A stretch of DNA of 62,310 nt, counting the filler, from Stramenopiles sp. TOSAG23-3 (lineage: Eukaryota): assembly GCA_900128585.1 (NCBI GenBank). It is 19 parts of 19 records of this genome, joined end to end, with 100 filler letters (N's around TTAATTAATTAA, not from the genome) between each part and the next. Parts side by side here need not be neighbours in the genome. Positions count along the whole stretch, not along the records: positions 55,876 to 59,043 come from LT644380.1; positions 59,144 to 62,310 come from LT644381.1; 17 more parts are not named here. One strand, 5' to 3'. The translations under genes and the position numbers were made by a program. The notes beneath the pieces were generated by a model. It was not told where the DNA came from. It saw nothing but the letters and a program-made list of their open reading frames with translations, and ran no database searches. Of the stretch, positions 57,517 through 62,310 are shown piece after piece. Every line of letters starts with the position of its first letter. Position 1 is the stretch's first letter.

Positions 57517-59041
57517 TCAACTCTCGTATATATGACGCATCATGTCCACCCACTCCTCAAAATCAACCTGGCCGTCCCCGTCCATGTCCGCGCTCGCGAT
57601 GAAACGCTGAAAATCCGTGGATGTCACCCCAGCAGCGTTCGCGCTGATGTCATGGTCCGCCGCTGCATCGTCAAAGAGGAAGCTTCCCGACACGGCGTTC
57701 CGCAGCTCGTCCAGGTCCAAAGTGCCTGACCCGTCCTCGTCGTAAATATCAAAGAGCATCTTCAGCTCTTCGATGTGCTCTGGGGCTAGGGGAACTTCCT
57801 GGTCTTCTTCCTCCTCGTTTTCCACAAAGCGTGGAGTGTCTGGCATCATTAGGTACATGTGTATATCCTTCAATTCGTCGGGGGGAGCACGTGGAAACAA
57901 TACGCCGACGATTTCGTCGACCGTGATGGACCCGCTCCCGTCGGAATCGATGCTTGAAAACATGCTCTCTACCATTCGCTGAAGCGTCGCGCTGTTCTCC
58001 TCCGCCTTCTCCACGAGGGCAGCAAAGTTTTCCCCTGTCCGGTTGCTTCCCGTGCCCGACACGGTTGGTAGCTTGATATCTTTCTCGTGCAGCTTTTGAA
58101 TCGCCATTAAGAACTCAAGCTGGTCGATCTCCCCGCTATGGTCCTCGTCCACATCTCGAATGATCGTGCGAAACGTCTTAATCATGTCGACCTGGTATAT
58201 TCCAAAATTCTTCTTCGACCTGAGCCGCGCGATGATCTCGTCCGTAAACTCTATCTCTGCTTTCTCCTCCACGACGGCCTCTTCGAACGAGGACGCGTCG
58301 GACTCTTCGCCCGACGACAACTGCAGCCCTTCCGTAGTTTCTCCAAACATGTTGTACTTTAATTTTGCCAGCGACTTGGTCGACCGTTTCCGGTCCAACA
58401 AGTGTGCCCGCCGTGGCCCTGCGGTCTCGTTGTACTGTTTGGTTTCGAACACGGTGTCTACCTCACGCTGCAAGCGTTTCGTGATCTTTTCCGCGCTGCT
58501 CAGGCCGTCGATCATACGCTCTCGCTTGACCTTGAGCTCTAGCCCCGAGATGTCGGGCATACTGCGATGGTGCCGATTCTGGTTCAAAAACCGGTCTATA
58601 CTTTTCCTCATGGAGGCCGCGTCGTTTGTTACTGTGTGCCGCTTCCCCCGCTTTTTCCTCCGTCTTCGTTTTTTCTTTGCCTTGCCGCTGCCCTGTGGAG
58701 GCGGACCGGCCGCATCGCCGACCGCAAGCACCGGAGCCGCGTCGCCGACCGTAAGCACCGGGGCCGCACCATCGACCGTAAGCACGGGGGGCCTTTTTCT
58801 GTCCAGGCGCTGGCTTAGGTTTACGCTTGTGCTTTCCCGTTCCTTCTGGTTGGTCTTCTGGCCGGGGTCGGCTGGCGTAAAGATCAACGGCGTGGGTTTT
58901 GCTGCGCCGGTGGCCTTCGCCCTTCCCTTCGCCCTCCCTCCCCCCTTCGTCCCCCTTTGCTTGGCAATCCGGGCATCCGAGAGGGCCTTCCTCCTCTCTG
59001 TCTCTTTCTGAAGCTCGTCTTGTAAAAAATCCGACGGTTTG
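57517..59041 (-). CDS. Four-EF-hand calcium-binding protein with long basic N-terminus, 5' partial
   Basis: DEDHSGEIDQLE, DSDGSGSITVDE, DEDGSGTLDLDE, DMDGDGQVDFEE. Frame open to the contig edge. Confidence 0.88.
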
Positions 59042-59145
59042 GTNNNNNNNNNNNNNNNNNNNNNNNNNNNNNNNNNNNNNNNNNNNNTTAATTAATTAAN
59101 NNNNNNNNNNNNNNNNNNNNNNNNNNNNNNNNNNNNNNNNNNNTT

Positions 59146-59194
<49 letters not shown>

Positions 59195-59660
59195 TTCTTG
59201 TTCTCTTTTTTTGCCTTACTACTACTATGTCGTTTCCTTATTTTAAATTACATTTTAATAGTCGTCTAGCAAATCTGGACCACAAAATTATTGATAGAAA
59301 TATTTTGTACTTTTATTATATATATTGTATTAATTTAATAGGAAATATTTGTTATATTATACACCTCTGTTCAAAACCAAATTTAAAAGGTGGTCAGTAG
59401 GGTTGATATTAGGGTGTGATCTGGTATTTTTTTTTTTTTATAACAACATATTCCATCATCATATATATCACCCTTGATTGGGAGCAAAATTATTATAGTT
59501 CAGGTACATTTATTAATTAAAGAAGAATTTAGAATTGCATGAATTATTTACTTTAAAGAATATAAAGGAGGTGAATTAATTACTTGATCTCTATAACGTG
59601 CCTTTATCGGTGTTTTTTTTTTTTGAGAGAGAGAGAGATAGAATTATTTTGTGACACCAC

Positions 59661-60710
59661 ATGGGAGGAGGTGGCCACAGGGCGAAGGCCCGACGCGCAA
59701 AGAGAGGGGCCAGAAAAGCGAAAGGCCATAAAAGACTGCATCTTAAAATGAAGGCTAACCGGCACCTGCGAGATGCTAGGCGGGCTAATCGAAGAGCAAG
59801 GAGGGGCAGAATGAAACGCCACCGTGCCCGGTACGGGGGGCATTCTGGGGGGGGGCATTCTGGGGGGGGCGGGACACCCGTAACGATCACTTGCTGCGCG
59901 GGAACTGTGCAAATGCACGCTTTTAACAGGTCGTTTCTTGTGACCGTCCAGTTCGTTCCTGCGGCGAACTTGGTACATTATGTTGACTCTAACGGTGACG
60001 GGCATGCAAATGCGGCCGCCGTAGATTTAAATGGTGATGGGCAAACAAATGCTGTCGGGGTGCTTGTGGACCGAACAAACGATGGAATGGCGGATAGTGT
60101 CGGACTCGACACCACGGGCGATGGGGTCGTTGATACTTACATATCGCTGAACTTGGGGACTGGGAACGATACAGCAAACGATTTCAAGGCCACCGTAAAG
60201 GAAATGTCTCCCGGTAATATATGTGTCAGTCTACCAACTACGGCTGCCAAAATGTGCACAATTGAACAGATTGTCGACGCCATTGAGGAGTTCGTGACAA
60301 ACAGCGAGGCAATACGACACAGTCAAAAAATTATAAACGATGTCATGGAGAACAACAACCAAGGTCCAGTAGTAATGCAAATGGCTCGGTTGCAAGCTGC
60401 AGAGACGAACACAGTGCCCGTTAATGCCAATGTTCAACAGGGGAACCTTGCAACTGTCTCACCAATTTCCGTGGCTCAGCACGTCGATACGACATATTTT
60501 GGGGTATTGCAAGACATTGACGCAAGTGTGCTTAAGTGCCAACTTGGCAATTTTGTATATCAGAAAAATATGGAGACGGATAAAATGGAAGGTAAAATGC
60601 CTGATGGTACGCCTCTTGGGACACTAGTATCGTCGAACTGCTCCTTGGCCGTGGAGGTCCAGGTGACGGAGATATATGAAAAANNNNNTCTTTTAAAAAT
60701 TATCACATGA
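59661..60710 (+). CDS. Hypothetical protein: Arg-rich N-terminus, CC motif, tandem Dx[DN]xDG-like loops
   Basis: DSNGDG, DLNGDG, DRTNDG, DTTGDG. 3' end uncertain (NNNN at 60684-60687). Confidence 0.6.
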   Translation: MGGGGHRAKARRAKRGARKAKGHKRLHLKMKANRHLRDARRANRRARRGRMKRHRARYGGHSGGGHSGGGGTPVTITCCAGTVQMHAFNRSFLVTVQFVPAANLVHYVDSNGDGHANAAAVDLNGDGQTNAVGVLVDRTNDGMADSVGLDTTGDGVVDTYISLNLGTGNDTANDFKATVKEMSPGNICVSLPTTAAKMCTIEQIVDAIEEFVTNSEAIRHSQKIINDVMENNNQGPVVMQMARLQAAETNTVPVNANVQQGNLATVSPISVAQHVDTTYFGVLQDIDASVLKCQLGNFVYQKNMETDKMEGKMPDGTPLGTLVSSNCSLAVEVQVTEIYEKXXLLKIIT

Positions 60711-60731
60711 GAACCACATGTTTACCGGATT

Positions 60732-62288
60732 TTATAACCCTTTGAAATACACATCAAACTTTTCTGTCCCACGGTCGCACTCGCTAAGTGTAATGTTCCC
60801 TCCTTTTCGAAAGCATTCCCCCACCCCGCTGTCATTGCCCGCTGCAAAAACGATGCCAGTGCACCCATTCGTCTCGTCGCACTTTGTTCGACACTGCTCC
60901 ACGCTGCCAACCATGCAAGATTTTCCGCCGTCAATGTCAATTGCCCCATGCCCCGAGTAGCAGTTGAACCCCAGGGCAGGGTACCATTGTTTTCGAACAA
61001 AGGTGTCAAATTTTGTGTCGAAATCACACATTCCAAAAACAACGTCCTTCCTGCGATAACAAAAATACTCGTCCTCTTCCGACGTCGGGGCTACGGTGAT
61101 CCCTGTGCACCCGTCTAGCCCCAAGCACTTTTGCTTGCAATCCTCCAGTGACATGATGCCGCACGAACTGCCGGGTGAAGACTCCATTTCGGTAGCCCCG
61201 TGACCCTCCCAACAGTTCTCACCGCGCCCGCGGGCCCACTTTGTCGTGGACCACACGCCGATGGGTTTGTACAAAAGTTCGTTCAACAGAAAAGAAATGA
61301 CAATGTCTGGGTCGTCCGCACTGTACGCTATTTTCGATTGGTTGTGCGGCCTGCCGTCGTGCGTCCAGGTCTCTGCCCCAGTCTCGTTCACAACCATGTA
61401 GCCATCGTCGGCATCCACTTCTTTGCAAAACACATTCTCAGCCCCCCTCACGGAAATCAAGACGGCGATGGGGTCCCACGAACTCCTGCCAACATTTCCC
61501 ACGCCCCAGTCGTTGAACGCTTTTCGTGTGGGATTGTCTCGCCCCGTGCAATTGTTCAACCATGCACCGTGCTTAACGTCGGCCCCGACTGGACTGAATA
61601 TTTGCTTAACGCTCGAGGGCCAGTTTTCAACGGCAAGTTTCGCACTTCCGCGGCAGCCTTTGTCCGAGCCGAGCCAGTCGTACGTATCATGCTCGGCACA
61701 CCCAAAGTTGTACATTCCATCCATCCATACAATCTGCTTGACCTTCAACGCAATCAAGTCGTGGCCGTTCAATGGGCTGATGCTGTCGCCCTCGGACAAC
61801 ACCAAGTCTCGCATGTTTGTCGTTATCCCAATGGAAGCAATATGAACGGAATGGTCGGGCGAGCTCGCCAAAGCCCTCCTGTACGCTTCTACTGCCGTGG
61901 GCACTTGAGAAGAATTCTTGATTGGGGAGGGAAAGTTGCCCACGAGGTCGCTGACGTATTTGTCCGCGGTGCCTTTCCCGTTCTTTGGCGACGGGTCTCT
62001 GGCCCACGCGCCTTTGTACGCTCCAAGTGTGGCGCTGGTCCTTCCGTAAAAGTCCATTACCGTGGACACGGCCCCGATGCCTTTGACAAAAGCATTGGTA
62101 TGGGAAATCGCGATGATTTCAGCCTCACCGTTATCCTGAAGGGCGTTTGCTATCGTGATTGCCCCGATATCGTCCACATCCAAGCCGGCGTCAGTGTCGA
62201 TGATGAGCTTCACCGGATCCTTCGCTGCAAGCGCCCCACTGCAGGCAAGCCCGTACAGGACAAGGAGCAGGCGCTTCAAAGCTGTCAT
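60732..62288 (-). CDS. Secreted nucleoside-hydrolase-family protein with two C-terminal PAN/apple-like modules
   Basis: Signal peptide, LIIDTDAGLDVDD, SSWDPIAV, then two Cys modules NCxxGHGA..C..SxExC..KC....GCTGI..C.RK. Confidence 0.8.
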   Translation of the reverse strand: MTALKRLLLVLYGLACSGALAAKDPVKLIIDTDAGLDVDDIGAITIANALQDNGEAEIIAISHTNAFVKGIGAVSTVMDFYGRTSATLGAYKGAWARDPSPKNGKGTADKYVSDLVGNFPSPIKNSSQVPTAVEAYRRALASSPDHSVHIASIGITTNMRDLVLSEGDSISPLNGHDLIALKVKQIVWMDGMYNFGCAEHDTYDWLGSDKGCRGSAKLAVENWPSSVKQIFSPVGADVKHGAWLNNCTGRDNPTRKAFNDWGVGNVGRSSWDPIAVLISVRGAENVFCKEVDADDGYMVVNETGAETWTHDGRPHNQSKIAYSADDPDIVISFLLNELLYKPIGVWSTTKWARGRGENCWEGHGATEMESSPGSSCGIMSLEDCKQKCLGLDGCTGITVAPTSEEDEYFCYRRKDVVFGMCDFDTKFDTFVRKQWYPALGFNCYSGHGAIDIDGGKSCMVGSVEQCRTKCDETNGCTGIVFAAGNDSGVGECFRKGGNITLSECDRGTEKFDVYFKGL

Positions 62289-62310
62289 GTTCAAGAAAGA
62301 CTGTGCAGCA

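Noticed and set aside
1-62310. Alternative genetic code (general UGA reassignment), tRNA or rRNA genes
   Set aside because: TGA terminates ordinary genes (DDX21, PIG-P, WW). Supported readthrough occurs only where a SECIS is present. No tRNA or rRNA was recognised by eye.

Overview
The window is not one locus. It is about 19 unrelated ~3.2-kb contigs joined by N-padded TTAATTAATTAA linkers, so gene order across a linker means nothing. The source is a compact, apparently intron-poor eukaryote (by inference a heterotrophic protist, possibly a stramenopile) with AT-rich intergenic DNA full of (TTC/GAA)n tracts. Recognisable genes: peroxisomal-type Lon, DDX21-like helicase, CD36-family protein, myotubularin, PIG-P, a USP, ERD2, LTA4H-like M1 peptidase, an SPX protein, cytosolic AspRS, and EF-hand, SH3 and WW proteins. 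Highlights: (1) a complete-looking two-gene DD34E (IS630/Tc1-type) DNA transposon at 9900-13093, with TA at both ends, ~230-240-bp TIRs that begin with a host-like polypyrimidine tract, and a convergent orphan ORF ending in a SHOCT-like motif; (2) two selenoprotein genes missed or truncated by the ORF track (SelW-like CGGU, SelS-like GGUG*), each with a SECIS-like hairpin; (3) an NB-ARC + ankyrin NLR-like gene with near-identical 102-bp repeat units; (4) a YqaJ/lambda-exonuclease-fold protein with a large insertion; (5) two non-coding motifs that recur downstream of stop codons on unrelated contigs. All family calls come from motifs read by eye; no searches were run.
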